A stretch of 49,962 bases of DNA from Patescibacteria group bacterium (GCA_041675145.1 JBAYUK010000001.1:378283-428244), one strand, 5' to 3'. Counted from the first letter of the stretch, positions 17,215 through 26,531 are shown. Numbers and translations are program-made. Notes: a model not told the origin generated them from the sequence alone.

Positions 17215-18668
17215 TATCCTAAACTCCCTTCCATTTCAAGCTCCACCAGACGGTTCAGCTCCAAGGCGTACTCCATAGGGAGTTCACGAATAATAGGTTC
17301 AAAGAATCCGTTTACGATCATACCGCGAGCAAGCGCTACATCTACCCCACGAGTCTGGAGATAGAGTAATTGTTCATCAGTAATCTTAGAAACCTGTGCC
17401 TCATGTTCAATAACCGTATCCATCTCTCGGATATCCATAGTGGGATAGGTATTGGAAACCGAACCAGCCGAGTCATCTCCAAGCAACAATGCATCACACT
17501 GCACGCTGGTGCGACACCCGGTCATACCTGGTTCAACGCGCACCAGTCCCCGGTAGGTAGTAACACCGCCGTCTTTTGCAATCGACTTGGCGGTAATAAC
17601 TGAAGTCGTATTGGGCGCTGAGTGAATCATCTTCGCTCCCGTATCCTGCACCCGGCCACTGCCTGCAAACGCGAGGGAGAGTACCTCTCCGTGCGCACCT
17701 TCACCCATCAAGTAGACAGATGGGTACTTCATCGTGAGTTTACTGCCTAAATTACCGTCGATCCATTCCATGCGTGCGTTTTCATAGGCCACTGCTCGTT
17801 TGGTAACGAGGTTATATACATTGCGACTCCAATTTTGAATCGTGGTGTAGCGTACCTTCGCTCCCTTTTTCACCACAATCTCAACGACTGCCGAGTGGAG
17901 CGAGTCGGTGGTGTGAATCGGTGCTGAACACCCCTCAATGTAGTGCACATCCGATCCCTCATCGGCAATAATTAATGTCCTCTCAAACTGCCCGGCATTT
18001 TTTGTGTTAATTCTAAAGTAGGTTTGCAGTGGCATTTCTACCTTAAGACCCTTTGGTATGTAAATAAAAGATCCACCTGACCACACCGCGGTGTTAAGCG
18101 CCGCAAACTTGTTGTCCCTAGCTGAGATTACCGTACCAAAATACTCTTTAAAAATTTCAGGGTATTGCTTGAGTCCCTCATCAGGAGATAAGAAAATAAC
18201 TCCTTGTTTGGACAATTCTTCTTGTAACGAGTGGTACATCACTTCTGACTCATACTGGGCTCCCACTCCAGCTAAAAACTTGCGTTCTGCTTCAGGGATA
18301 CCAAGTTTATCAAAGGTGTTTTTCACATAGTCGGGCACTTCATCCCAGGTAGCCTTGAGGTTACCTGCTTTTTCAGGCCGTATATAATAGTGGATGTTAT
18401 CAAAGTCGATACCAGATAAATCTCCACCCCAGGCAGGCATCGGCTTTTCTAGAAAAATCTCATACGCCTTCAAGCGCTTTTCTAGCATCCATTCTGGCTC
18501 ACCTTTGATGCGTGAGATCGCACGAATCACCTCAGGGTTGAGACCCTTTTCAGAAAGATACTCATAGGCTGCTGCCTCATCTTCAAAACCGTATTGCTCT
18601 TGGTACCGGTCATCGTATGAAGAAAGGGCATCGAGTGCCGCATTGTCTTTGGGAGTAGTCTTATCCAT
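17214..18668 (-). CDS. sufB: Fe-S cluster assembly protein SufB
   Basis: LGIPEAER, GAQYESEV, GQFERTLII, YIEGCSAP, EHEAQVSKI motifs. Confidence 0.97.
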   Translation of the reverse strand: MDKTTPKDNAALDALSSYDDRYQEQYGFEDEAAAYEYLSEKGLNPEVIRAISRIKGEPEWMLEKRLKAYEIFLEKPMPAWGGDLSGIDFDNIHYYIRPEKAGNLKATWDEVPDYVKNTFDKLGIPEAERKFLAGVGAQYESEVMYHSLQEELSKQGVIFLSPDEGLKQYPEIFKEYFGTVISARDNKFAALNTAVWSGGSFIYIPKGLKVEMPLQTYFRINTKNAGQFERTLIIADEGSDVHYIEGCSAPIHTTDSLHSAVVEIVVKKGAKVRYTTIQNWSRNVYNLVTKRAVAYENARMEWIDGNLGSKLTMKYPSVYLMGEGAHGEVLSLAFAGSGRVQDTGAKMIHSAPNTTSVITAKSIAKDGGVTTYRGLVRVEPGMTGCRTSVQCDALLLGDDSAGSVSNTYPTMDIREMDTVIEHEAQVSKITDEQLLYLQTRGVDVALARGMIVNGFFEPIIRELPMEYALELNRLVELEMEGSLG

Positions 18669-19434
18669 TGATACCCTTGTACCCTTCTGTTTCTAAAATC
18701 TGGGCTATTTCTGGACCACCACTAGCAACAATTGAACCATCCATCATGACATGCACCATGGTAGGTGTAATATAGTCGAGTACTTTTTGGTTATGGGTAA
18801 TAATAATCAGTCCCATCGTATCTTTGCGCTGTTCAAATACACGATTCACCGCTGCAAAGACCATCTTGAGCGCATCAACATCCAGCCCTGCATCCAGCTC
18901 GTCAATAATAGCGAGCTTAGGTTCAAGAACTGCTAACTGCAAGACCTCAGTCTTTTTGCGTTCACCACCCGAGAGTTCGTCGTTTACTCCTCTTTGGATC
19001 ATCTCTTCAGGGACGTCTAACCATGTCATGGGTGGAAGCATTCTGGTTCGGTAGAAATCATTTACTGAAAGCTTCTTTTGCTCATCTAAAATATCTCCCT
19101 CTCCGGCTAGCTGTGCGGTATACGCGGTATACAGGAAGTTAAAGAGTGGGAGACCAGGAATAGCCACTGGGTGCTGAAAAGATAAAAACAACCCCGCACG
19201 AGCCCGCTGGTCAGGGGTCGTGTTACCTGCTTCTTTACCGAACAACTCAATACTCCCATCAGTTACCTGATACTGAGTATTACCCACTATAGTTTGGGCA
19301 AGAGTCGACTTACCAGAGCCGTTGGGTCCCATAATCACATGCACTTCTCCTGGAGACACGGCAAAATCTATCCCTTTGAGGATTTCTTGGGTACCGACTG
19401 CTACGCTTAGATTTTCAAGATTAAGTAAAGACAT
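18661..19434 (-). CDS. sufC: Fe-S cluster assembly ATPase SufC
   Basis: GPNGSGKST, FLSFQHP, LSGGERKK, IIDELDAGLDVDAL motifs. Confidence 0.95.
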   Translation of the reverse strand: MSLLNLENLSVAVGTQEILKGIDFAVSPGEVHVIMGPNGSGKSTLAQTIVGNTQYQVTDGSIELFGKEAGNTTPDQRARAGLFLSFQHPVAIPGLPLFNFLYTAYTAQLAGEGDILDEQKKLSVNDFYRTRMLPPMTWLDVPEEMIQRGVNDELSGGERKKTEVLQLAVLEPKLAIIDELDAGLDVDALKMVFAAVNRVFEQRKDTMGLIIITHNQKVLDYITPTMVHVMMDGSIVASGGPEIAQILETEGYKGING

Positions 19435-19515
19435 AGAAATAGTATATTACACACAACATTATTAGGGTCGTATGGTACTTCAAATAGGAAGGATCAGAGG
19501 ATCCTATATGTAAAT

Positions 19516-19563
19516 TTATAAGTTGTTAGCCGCAGTTACGCCAGGGGAGGACCCGAGCGCCAT
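19516..19563 (-). CDS. Possible leaderless 15-aa uORF (MALGSSPGVTAANNL) in the suf leader
   Basis: ATG lies 7 nt after the -10 box, at the predicted +1. TAA at 19518-19516. Confidence 0.3.
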   Translation of the reverse strand: MALGSSPGVTAANNL

Positions 19564-19570
19564 TACACAC

Positions 19571-19599
19571 ATTATATAAGTATTTTTCTATCCTGTAAA
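19571..19599 (-). promoter_or_regulatory. Sigma70 promoter of the suf operon
   Basis: Minus strand TTTACA(19599-19594)-17 nt-TATAAT(19576-19571). Confidence 0.7.
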
Positions 19600-19649
19600 G
19601 AGTATTTTAGACAGATGTATATATCTGAGCCTAATCTGGTGATATATAC

Positions 19650-19678
19650 TTGACTTTAGTGCAAACTTATGCTACACT
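19650..19678 (+). promoter_or_regulatory. Sigma70 promoter
   Basis: TTGACT(19650)-17 nt-TACACT(19673) with extended -10 TG. Confidence 0.65.
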
Positions 19679-19801
19679 ATATACATATCGATAGTACTGG
19701 ATTTCTGGTCATACCAGCGAGTAAAACCAGAGAAAGAACCTTTAAAACCAGCCAGACAAATACTGAACAGAAATAAGGGGCGCCTATACGCGAGGTGAAT
19801 T

Positions 19802-20047
19802 GTGAATAAAAAGCCCATGACAGTGGACAACGCGCTGGAAGACTTCTACAAAAGAAGATTGCCAAACAAGTCTTTTGCCAGGCTCTCCGTTGCAAACCGA
19901 GAAGTCAGGAGAGGGCTCCAAGAAAAAGAAGTCCCGGGGCTAATGATCAGAAATCACGTCGAGGAAGAAGGTTTATTCATCGACGAACATCCGGATTTCG
20001 ATTCGGACAACCCGGATGTTCACTATCCAGACATTTATTGTCCGTGA
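19802..20047 (+). CDS. Hypothetical small protein
   Basis: GTG start after GAGGTG, downstream of a clear promoter; 81 aa with an acidic C-terminus. Confidence 0.5.
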   Translation: MNKKPMTVDNALEDFYKRRLPNKSFARLSVANREVRRGLQEKEVPGLMIRNHVEEEGLFIDEHPDFDSDNPDVHYPDIYCP

Positions 20048-20103
20048 TCGTGAACATAACCACATCGGCCGTCTCGATAAGTCGGGACAAGGAAGGAAAC
20101 GAT

Positions 20104-20652
20104 ATGAAAACGACAACTTGCTCCACCCCAACAACCATCTCCCTTGGGCAGTACCCGAGCGCAGAGGGCTACAAGAAGGCCTTGATTGACTTCCGCGACG
20201 GGACACAGTTCGACCGTCCCCTGACGCTCTGCCCAACGGCCAAAGGCCTGGACTTCGAGGTATCGCAGAACAAAATTGCGCTGCCCATCGTCCAGGTGCG
20301 CCTGGGTGATCTGAGTGAAGGTCCAATAGCGGCCTACCAGATCTTCGAGCGGGCCGAGGAGAAGGGGCTTCAAGAGCTCCCCATCGAAGCGGCCTACGCG
20401 CTTCGAATGGCCATACCGCTCCAAGGATACGACGAACCGATAACGGTCGGAACGTGGGTCAGCAGCCCGGAAATCAGCGGAGACAACTACCTCCTGCGCC
20501 TGGAACGCAGAGGAGATGGCAACCGATGGCTGCATGCCATTCCCCTGCACTACATCCACAAGGGAGGGTTTGAAGACTGGATGGCGGAAAAGAACCCGGA
20601 ACCTTATCCGTTTTGGGATCCAGACTCCGTCTTTCTCTTCACCAAGAAGTAA
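20104..20652 (+). CDS. Hypothetical protein resembling a CPR family with a C-terminal W..D..F.F motif (possible CLec/DGR-target-like)
   Basis: IFERAEEKGLQELPIEAAYALR...YDEP...LLRLERRGDGNRWL...FWDPDSVFLF. ATG 20104 follows AAGGAAGG. Noticeably GC-richer than its flanks. Confidence 0.6.
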   Translation: MKTTTCSTPTTISLGQYPSAEGYKKALIDFRDGTQFDRPLTLCPTAKGLDFEVSQNKIALPIVQVRLGDLSEGPIAAYQIFERAEEKGLQELPIEAAYALRMAIPLQGYDEPITVGTWVSSPEISGDNYLLRLERRGDGNRWLHAIPLHYIHKGGFEDWMAEKNPEPYPFWDPDSVFLFTKK

Positions 20653-20672
20653 GATGCCCCTCCCCACAATTA

Positions 20673-20709
20673 CCCCAACGCAACATCTGTTGCCGCGGGG
20701 TCTTTTTTT
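20673..20709 (+). terminator. Intrinsic terminator
   Basis: ACCCC..GCAAC-atct-GTTGC..GGGGT followed by CTTTTTTT. Confidence 0.6.
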
Positions 20710-20765
20710 ATCTTAAAACAGATCATGATATAATGAACCGTATTGTTTACTATCTAACTTTTTTT

Positions 20766-21278
20766 ATGACTGGTGCCCTTCACTTCATTATCGGTGCAAC
20801 GCTAGGAAAATATATTCCTAGTATCTGGCTGGTTATTCCTGTGAGTTTCTTGTTCCACTTTATCTGTGACCTTCTTCCCCACTGGGACTATGGATACCAT
20901 GTCACAAAAAGACTGCGTTCTTTGGTATTAGCTGCCTGTGATCCACTTCTTGGAATAATTATTGTGGGGATAATTGGCCTTAAGCTCGGATGGGACATGG
21001 ATATGTGGTTGCGGGTCGGTGTCGGTGGCTTTTTTGGTATCTTGCCAGATATCATTGGATTCTTAGGCGGTCTGTTAGGACTACCAGGGCTTAAGCTCTA
21101 CCACCGCTTCCATGCTGCAACCCACTGGTTTCACCGTTTTACCAGCTGGTACACCCATGATACCAAGGTCGGTTCGGACTGGGTCAGTCCTACCGGTATT
21201 AAACCACTGGGTATTGTCTGGGGTGTCGGGCTTCAAATTCCGTTCCTTATTCTCTCTCTATGGTTACTTCTGAAATAA
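20766..21278 (+). CDS. Membrane protein, metal-dependent hydrolase-like (YdjM/DUF457-like)
   Basis: LHFIIG, FHFICDLLPHWD, LPDI, HRFHAATH His motifs among TMs. Start at 20766 or 20733. Confidence 0.65.
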   Translation: MTGALHFIIGATLGKYIPSIWLVIPVSFLFHFICDLLPHWDYGYHVTKRLRSLVLAACDPLLGIIIVGIIGLKLGWDMDMWLRVGVGGFFGILPDIIGFLGGLLGLPGLKLYHRFHAATHWFHRFTSWYTHDTKVGSDWVSPTGIKPLGIVWGVGLQIPFLILSLWLLLK

Positions 21279-21281
21279 TAT

Positions 21282-21722
21282 ATGTCTAAAGTCTTTGCCA
21301 GTAACAAAAAAGCATTTTTTGACTACTCCTTTAAGGAGACCCTTGAGGTAGGCATTCGACTCACCGGGCCTGAAGTTAAATCCGTCAAAGCCAGCTCGGT
21401 TAATATGTCGGGTTCTTTTGTGATGATAGAAAACGGTACGTTAGTTCTCAAGAACATGCATATTGGACCGTATAAGCCCGCCAACCAAGAAGGGTACAAC
21501 CCCACCGGCGACCGAGATCTGCTCGCACACAAGAAAGAAATCCTGCGCCTAGCACTTGCTCGTGAGAAAGAGGGGCTGACTATTGTACCTACAAAAATAT
21601 ACGGCAAGGGCCGTATGGTAAAAGTTGAAATTGCTATTGGTAAAGGAAAGAAGAAGCACGACAAGCGCGAAGATATCAAGAAGAAAGATATCGAGCGAGA
21701 CCTGCGTCGCGGAATTAGTTAA
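21282..21722 (+). CDS. smpB: SsrA-binding protein SmpB
   Basis: NKKAFFDY, GIRLTGPEVKS, LLAHKKEI, GKKKHDKRE motifs. Confidence 0.96.
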   Translation: MSKVFASNKKAFFDYSFKETLEVGIRLTGPEVKSVKASSVNMSGSFVMIENGTLVLKNMHIGPYKPANQEGYNPTGDRDLLAHKKEILRLALAREKEGLTIVPTKIYGKGRMVKVEIAIGKGKKKHDKREDIKKKDIERDLRRGIS

Positions 21723-23064
21723 TGAATTTCTTTTGGTTACGAGTTTTCACTTCTTTGAGTTTCAGAACTGAATCCACAAAGACCTTCCCCCGATGAAACT
21801 CATGGGTAAACAAGTTGAAACTTGCTCCACCTGGAGTAAGAATCACCGTTCCGCCAGCCTTTGTCTCATGCGTTGCCACTACCACTGCTGCCTGCATCGT
21901 CTCAACTGAATAGGTATATTCACTGCGATACTTGTCGCTAAAAAAGAAGATGAGACGATCGGTCAGTGTTCCGGGCAGCAATACTGCGCGGATTTTGTTT
22001 TTCTCAAGAAGCTTGGCCAGTGTTGCAACTTCATCACCAAAGCCTTTATCTACTCCTCCCACAATGGCGGTGATGTGCGAAGCAGGGAGGTCAGCGAGCA
22101 ACCCTTCAAGCGCAAACGAGCTGGCCGCCGGGTGAGTAGCAGTCGTGTCGTTGATATACCGTATCCCACTAATTTCCGCCACAAACTCCTGGCGACCCTC
22201 AAGGTTTTTGAATTCTTCAATCGTTTTATATACCGTCTTATCTGGGATATCTAAGACATCAGCCAGGTTCGAAAGGGCGTTACTTGAAATTCCGCTATAG
22301 GGCAAGATATGCGACTTAACGCCGTCTTGTACCATATCCAGACACTGGGTTGCGGCGATCAAGACATCGCCTTTTTTCTGGAAGCGAGCAATATTCTTCT
22401 TGGCTTCTATATAGTGGTCGAGCGTCCCGTGCCAGTCCAAGTGCTCGTTAAAGATGTTGGTAATAAAGGCAATATGCGGACTTTTTTTCGCGTACCACGA
22501 CTGCTCAAGCATGAACGATGAGAGTTCAACTACCGCAATACTCTTATCATCCGCTTCTTTTAAGAGCTCAAGTACTGAGATACGAATATTTCCTCCCAAC
22601 TGTACCCTATTATACGGTTCGGTTCGGTTAGTAAAATGCTTGGCCAGCAAGTCATATACCAGTTTAGTTAGCGTAGACTTCCCTTTACTTCCCGTAATAC
22701 CCACTATCATGCCGGGGTAGTATTGCATAAAGATTCCAATATCAGTTGCAAACTGCACTCCCTGGGCTTTGAGCTTAATATACAGTTCATTATGTGGACG
22801 AATAGCAGGGTTACGTACTACAAGATCAGCATCGAGAAAGTCCTCTTCATTGTGTCGCCCTAGTACATAAGAAATATTAGGATACTTCTCAAGTTGGGTA
22901 AGAGACTGCGCGAGCTGGTTCTCATCTCGTAAGTCAGTTACGAGCACCTGTGACCCACACCGAGAAAAGAATTTGGCCGCACCAACTCCACCACCGTGGA
23001 GCCCGAGTCCCCAGATAACTACCCGCTTACCACCAAATTGTGTGTTGATCTGTGAAAAATTCAT
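21715..23064 (-). CDS. murD: UDP-N-acetylmuramoyl-L-alanine--D-glutamate ligase
   Basis: GLGLHGGG, GITGSKGKST, VELSSF, HLDWH, YINDTTAT, PGGASF motifs. Confidence 0.93.
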   Translation of the reverse strand: MNFSQINTQFGGKRVVIWGLGLHGGGVGAAKFFSRCGSQVLVTDLRDENQLAQSLTQLEKYPNISYVLGRHNEEDFLDADLVVRNPAIRPHNELYIKLKAQGVQFATDIGIFMQYYPGMIVGITGSKGKSTLTKLVYDLLAKHFTNRTEPYNRVQLGGNIRISVLELLKEADDKSIAVVELSSFMLEQSWYAKKSPHIAFITNIFNEHLDWHGTLDHYIEAKKNIARFQKKGDVLIAATQCLDMVQDGVKSHILPYSGISSNALSNLADVLDIPDKTVYKTIEEFKNLEGRQEFVAEISGIRYINDTTATHPAASSFALEGLLADLPASHITAIVGGVDKGFGDEVATLAKLLEKNKIRAVLLPGTLTDRLIFFFSDKYRSEYTYSVETMQAAVVVATHETKAGGTVILTPGGASFNLFTHEFHRGKVFVDSVLKLKEVKTRNQKKFIN

Positions 23065-23297
23065 TTTATCAAAGATAGTAACTGCTCACGAGTAAGTTCA
23101 GATTGCTTGAGAATACTCAAAATAACAAAGGGTGGTAGGTCAAAACGACTATGGAACGGAACCGTAACACGCAAGTGTAGTCTGAGATTATGACGAAGTT
23201 GTATGTGACTGCCACTTTGATGGTGGATATAAAAATCAGCCCGAAGCAGGGCTTTGACGACCACAGTTGGTTTCAGTACGGGCAGCTTTGGAGCCAT
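23061..23297 (-). CDS. hicA: HicA-family mRNA interferase toxin
   Basis: MAPKLPVLK...HQSGSHIQL...VTVPFH (dsRBD fold, catalytic His in GSH). Its stop overlaps the murD ATG. Confidence 0.9.
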   Translation of the reverse strand: MAPKLPVLKPTVVVKALLRADFYIHHQSGSHIQLRHNLRLHLRVTVPFHSRFDLPPFVILSILKQSELTREQLLSLIK

Positions 23298-23298
23298 A

Positions 23299-23547
23299 TT
23301 ACACTGAAACCATTATCTGTTCGTGGATGAGCCCACTCTCGTGTGGTATTTCTTCATTATCTTTTTTTAAACCCTCTATATAGCACACGATCGCATCTCG
23401 CGCCATTTCCTGGGCCTCTTCAAAGCTTCTGCCGTACGTAACAAGCCCTGGCATTATTGGTACCGTAACCTGAAAACCACCCATTACGACAGGTTCAAAT
23501 ACTGCGGTATACAGATGTTCCGTTGTGCTGATGATTTTCTCTTGCAT
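23299..23547 (-). CDS. hicB: HicB-family antitoxin (short, no DNA-binding domain)
   Basis: GGFQVTVPIMPGLVTYGRSFEEAQEMARDAI motif. ATG 23547. Confidence 0.9.
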   Translation of the reverse strand: MQEKIISTTEHLYTAVFEPVVMGGFQVTVPIMPGLVTYGRSFEEAQEMARDAIVCYIEGLKKDNEEIPHESGLIHEQIMVSV

Positions 23548-23553
23548 ACTATT

Positions 23554-23582
23554 ATTATACCCCGACAACTACTCGGTGTCAA
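23554..23582 (-). promoter_or_regulatory. Consensus sigma70 promoter for hicB-hicA-murD, leaderless start
   Basis: Minus strand TTGACA(23582-23577)-17 nt-TATAAT(23559-23554), then 6 nt to ATG 23547. Confidence 0.8.
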
Positions 23583-23633
23583 AAAAAATCAGATCTATGC
23601 TATACTAGTAACAATACTATTTTTATCTCTCTT

Positions 23634-25394
23634 ATGCGACAATTCCGCATGTTTGCACTTACTTTTGCAGTACTGACGGTTCTCTTACCCCAGGCAACAC
23701 TGGTTGCCCGAGATCCCAATACAGTTACCGACTGGTACTTGGAAGACTTCCACTCAGATATTACAGTTAATACTGACTCGAGTTTAAATATCACAGAGAC
23801 GATTATTGCAAACGCCGGGTTGTTACCCGACAAACACGGTATCTTTCGCGTGCTACCCCGTTACTATGTGCCAGAAGCAAACAAGAAAGTAGATCTTCCC
23901 CTGTCTTTGTTCTCTATCACCGACGAAACCGGACAGGTGCGTCCGTTTAAGACCATTACAGACAGTGCTACCACTACGTGGAAGATCGGTGACCCGGATG
24001 TTACCGTTACTGGTCAAAACATATACAACATCCACTACCGGTACGATAACACGATCCGTTTTGGTAATCCGGAGTTTGACGAGTTCTACTGGAACTTGAA
24101 CGGTTCCTTTTGGGAAATAGACACCGACCACTACACCGCCAGCATTATGTTTCCTGCCGGAATCAGCAAAAGTAACACCAAGCTCTTTGTGTACTCAGGC
24201 GACTTTGGCGCCACAGGAAATGAGCTCGCAACCTGTTTCTGGAAACAAGAACACCTACTTACCTGTGAATCCAAAAGACCACTAGCTCCTGGTGAAGGTA
24301 TCACCGTTTCCGTTACGTTTCCCAAGGGAATTATCTCCCCGTATGTTGCTCCTCCATTTGACTGGGCTGCGTTTCTTATCTCACTGATCCCCCATATTGG
24401 ACTTATCTTCGGCTCTCTTGTTATCTCACTCTACTTCTGGAGTAAATATGGGAAAGACAAGAGGACTGGTCGTCCCATTATTGCTCAGTATGAAGCACCA
24501 GATAACCTTGAGCCAATTATGGCTGGTGCCCTCTGGAATAATGGCACACCTAGTAATGCCCATGTTACCGCTCAGATCATATCCCTGGCTACACGCGGAT
24601 ATATCAAACTTGAGCATATTCCAAAACCAGAAGGTCTCAAGGGACTCCTGAAAAGTGAAGATACAAGGCTGATTAAGACTGAGCCGAAAAAGAAAAGTAC
24701 TCTTTCGACTCTGGACACTACCCTTATACAGGAACTGTTTGGAGATGAACAGGACATCCTCATCTCAAGTCTAAAAAATACATTCTATACCACCCTCGCC
24801 CAGATTCAAGCACAGGCTAAAAAAGATTTATTAGATCAGCAGTTGCTAGATACCCAGGCGAATGCAGCCAAGAATAAACTGGGAGGAATCCTGGCGGTAA
24901 TATTCTTTGGCATGATTATCCTCCAGTTCTTTGGGGTCTCAATGCTCTACTTTATTAGTGGGGTACTTTCAGTGGGCATCCTACTTGTCTTCAACATCCT
25001 CATGCCCAAGCGAACCGCGAAAGGCCAGGAATATTTCGAGCACTTGAAGGGACTAAAGCTATACATCAACACAGCAGAGAAGTACCGCCAGCAGTTCTTC
25101 GAAAAAGAAGGTATCTTCGAGGCAGTCTTGCCCTATGCCATCATGTTTGGACTAACTGGTCTGTGGATTTCTAAGATGCAAGCACTCTACGGAAAAGATT
25201 TTGCAAACCACTTGCCTGCCTGGTATATAGTCGCAAACGGTGGCTCGTTTAACCCTGACACATTCAGCACCCAGCTTTCAAACCTTACTTCAGACATGGC
25301 AACTACCCTTGCCTCATCTCCGAGCAGTTCAGGGTCTGGTGGTTCCGGTGGGTCTGGCGGCGGTGGCGGAGGTGGAGGCGGAGGCGGCTGGTAG
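23634..25394 (+). CDS. DUF2207-family membrane protein
   Basis: Signal peptide, HGIFRVLP, FYWNLNG, LPYAIMFGL and a C-terminal GGSGGGGGGGGGGGW tail. Confidence 0.9.
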   Translation: MRQFRMFALTFAVLTVLLPQATLVARDPNTVTDWYLEDFHSDITVNTDSSLNITETIIANAGLLPDKHGIFRVLPRYYVPEANKKVDLPLSLFSITDETGQVRPFKTITDSATTTWKIGDPDVTVTGQNIYNIHYRYDNTIRFGNPEFDEFYWNLNGSFWEIDTDHYTASIMFPAGISKSNTKLFVYSGDFGATGNELATCFWKQEHLLTCESKRPLAPGEGITVSVTFPKGIISPYVAPPFDWAAFLISLIPHIGLIFGSLVISLYFWSKYGKDKRTGRPIIAQYEAPDNLEPIMAGALWNNGTPSNAHVTAQIISLATRGYIKLEHIPKPEGLKGLLKSEDTRLIKTEPKKKSTLSTLDTTLIQELFGDEQDILISSLKNTFYTTLAQIQAQAKKDLLDQQLLDTQANAAKNKLGGILAVIFFGMIILQFFGVSMLYFISGVLSVGILLVFNILMPKRTAKGQEYFEHLKGLKLYINTAEKYRQQFFEKEGIFEAVLPYAIMFGLTGLWISKMQALYGKDFANHLPAWYIVANGGSFNPDTFSTQLSNLTSDMATTLASSPSSSGSGGSGGSGGGGGGGGGGGW

Positions 25395-25416
25395 AAATTT
25401 CAACTAACCTACATGT

Positions 25417-26436
25417 ATGAAAAGAATTCCCTTAACAGTTTTAACCGGATACTTAGGATCTGGTAAAACTACCCTGTTAAATCATATCTTAACCAACAAC
25501 CAAGGACTTAAGATTGGTGTGGTAGTCAACGACTTTGGGTCGGTCAATATTGATGCGAAGTTAGTCGCTAAAAAGACTGATTCGATGTTGGAGTTATCTA
25601 ACGGCTGTATGTGCTGCTCAATGGACGAGATGGGCCTTGAAGAGGCACTCGGACAGTTTATCTATCCAGATAGCCCTATTAACTATATCGTCATTGAAGC
25701 CAGTGGCCTGGCTGAACCATCTGAGTTACTGGGTAGCTTGTCGGCTGCCAAACGCATGGGGATCAGACTTGATGGTATCGTGGGGGTTATTGATGCTGAA
25801 AATATCGAGAAGAACGCGGCCGAGCACCAGACTGCAATAGACCAGATCGAGTACTCAGACTTTCTCTTGATCAACAAAGTAGATCTTGTTACGCCTGAAA
25901 AGCTTCGTGACATCCATCTATTAATAGACACTATTAAACCCAAGTCGCGCGTCTTTGAGACAATCAACGGGGCAATTGACCTGCGTCTTATTTTAGATCA
26001 AGAAGTGTTTGACGAAGCAGCCTTTGAGAGCCTCAAAGAACATAAGAGTCATGAACACGAAGGACACGACCATGCAGACGAGGGACATACCCACGAACAT
26101 CATCACTTCCAGAAGTTCTCCTTTGAGACAGACAAGCCTCTCGACCCTATCGCTTTCCAAGCGTTTGTAAACGAGAAGCTACCTTTGGCCGTATACCGCT
26201 CAAAGGGGTTTCTCAACTTCGGTAAAAAAGCTCATAACCTCCAAGGAATCTTCCAGCTGGTTGGGTCTCGTATGACTATTACCTGGGATAAATGGGGTGA
26301 GACTCCACCTAAGACTGAGCTCGTTTTCATCGGACAAGATGTAGAGCCTGACCTAATACTAAAAGAAATCGAAAATTGTATCGACTCTGCCCCTGACAGT
26401 ATCGAAGGCATTATGCCACTCCCGAAAGTGGGGTAA
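25417..26436 (+). CDS. COG0523/CobW-family metal-binding GTPase
   Basis: GYLGSGKTT, NDFG, NGCMCC, EASGLA, NKVD, His-rich loop, YRSKG motifs. Confidence 0.93.
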   Translation: MKRIPLTVLTGYLGSGKTTLLNHILTNNQGLKIGVVVNDFGSVNIDAKLVAKKTDSMLELSNGCMCCSMDEMGLEEALGQFIYPDSPINYIVIEASGLAEPSELLGSLSAAKRMGIRLDGIVGVIDAENIEKNAAEHQTAIDQIEYSDFLLINKVDLVTPEKLRDIHLLIDTIKPKSRVFETINGAIDLRLILDQEVFDEAAFESLKEHKSHEHEGHDHADEGHTHEHHHFQKFSFETDKPLDPIAFQAFVNEKLPLAVYRSKGFLNFGKKAHNLQGIFQLVGSRMTITWDKWGETPPKTELVFIGQDVEPDLILKEIENCIDSAPDSIEGIMPLPKVG

Positions 26437-26483
26437 GCTGAAAAGCACCGCACATGAGAAGGCGAAATAAATACTGAAAGTAG

Positions 26484-26520
26484 TAACAAAAAAACCGGGA
26501 TACTCCCGGTTTTTTTGTTA
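26484..26520. terminator. Bidirectional terminator/long palindrome
   Basis: TAACAAAAAAACCGGGA-tac-TCCCGGTTTTTTTGTTA, 17-bp arms. Confidence 0.85.
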
Positions 26521-26531
26521 TCTCTGTATAC

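Noticed and set aside
19460-19560. SRP RNA, 6S RNA or ZTP riboswitch
   Set aside because: It lacks the SRP GGAA-loop/CAGG motif and the ZTP consensus, and is too short for 6S. Kept only as an unassigned structured leader.
20035-20667. 210-aa minus-strand ORF
   Set aside because: Shadow of the plus-strand gene, which has the promoter, SD and terminator.
19800-20710. Complete diversity-generating retroelement
   Set aside because: No reverse transcriptase, Avd or adenine-mismatched template repeat is visible. Only the possible target-like gene is kept as a finding.
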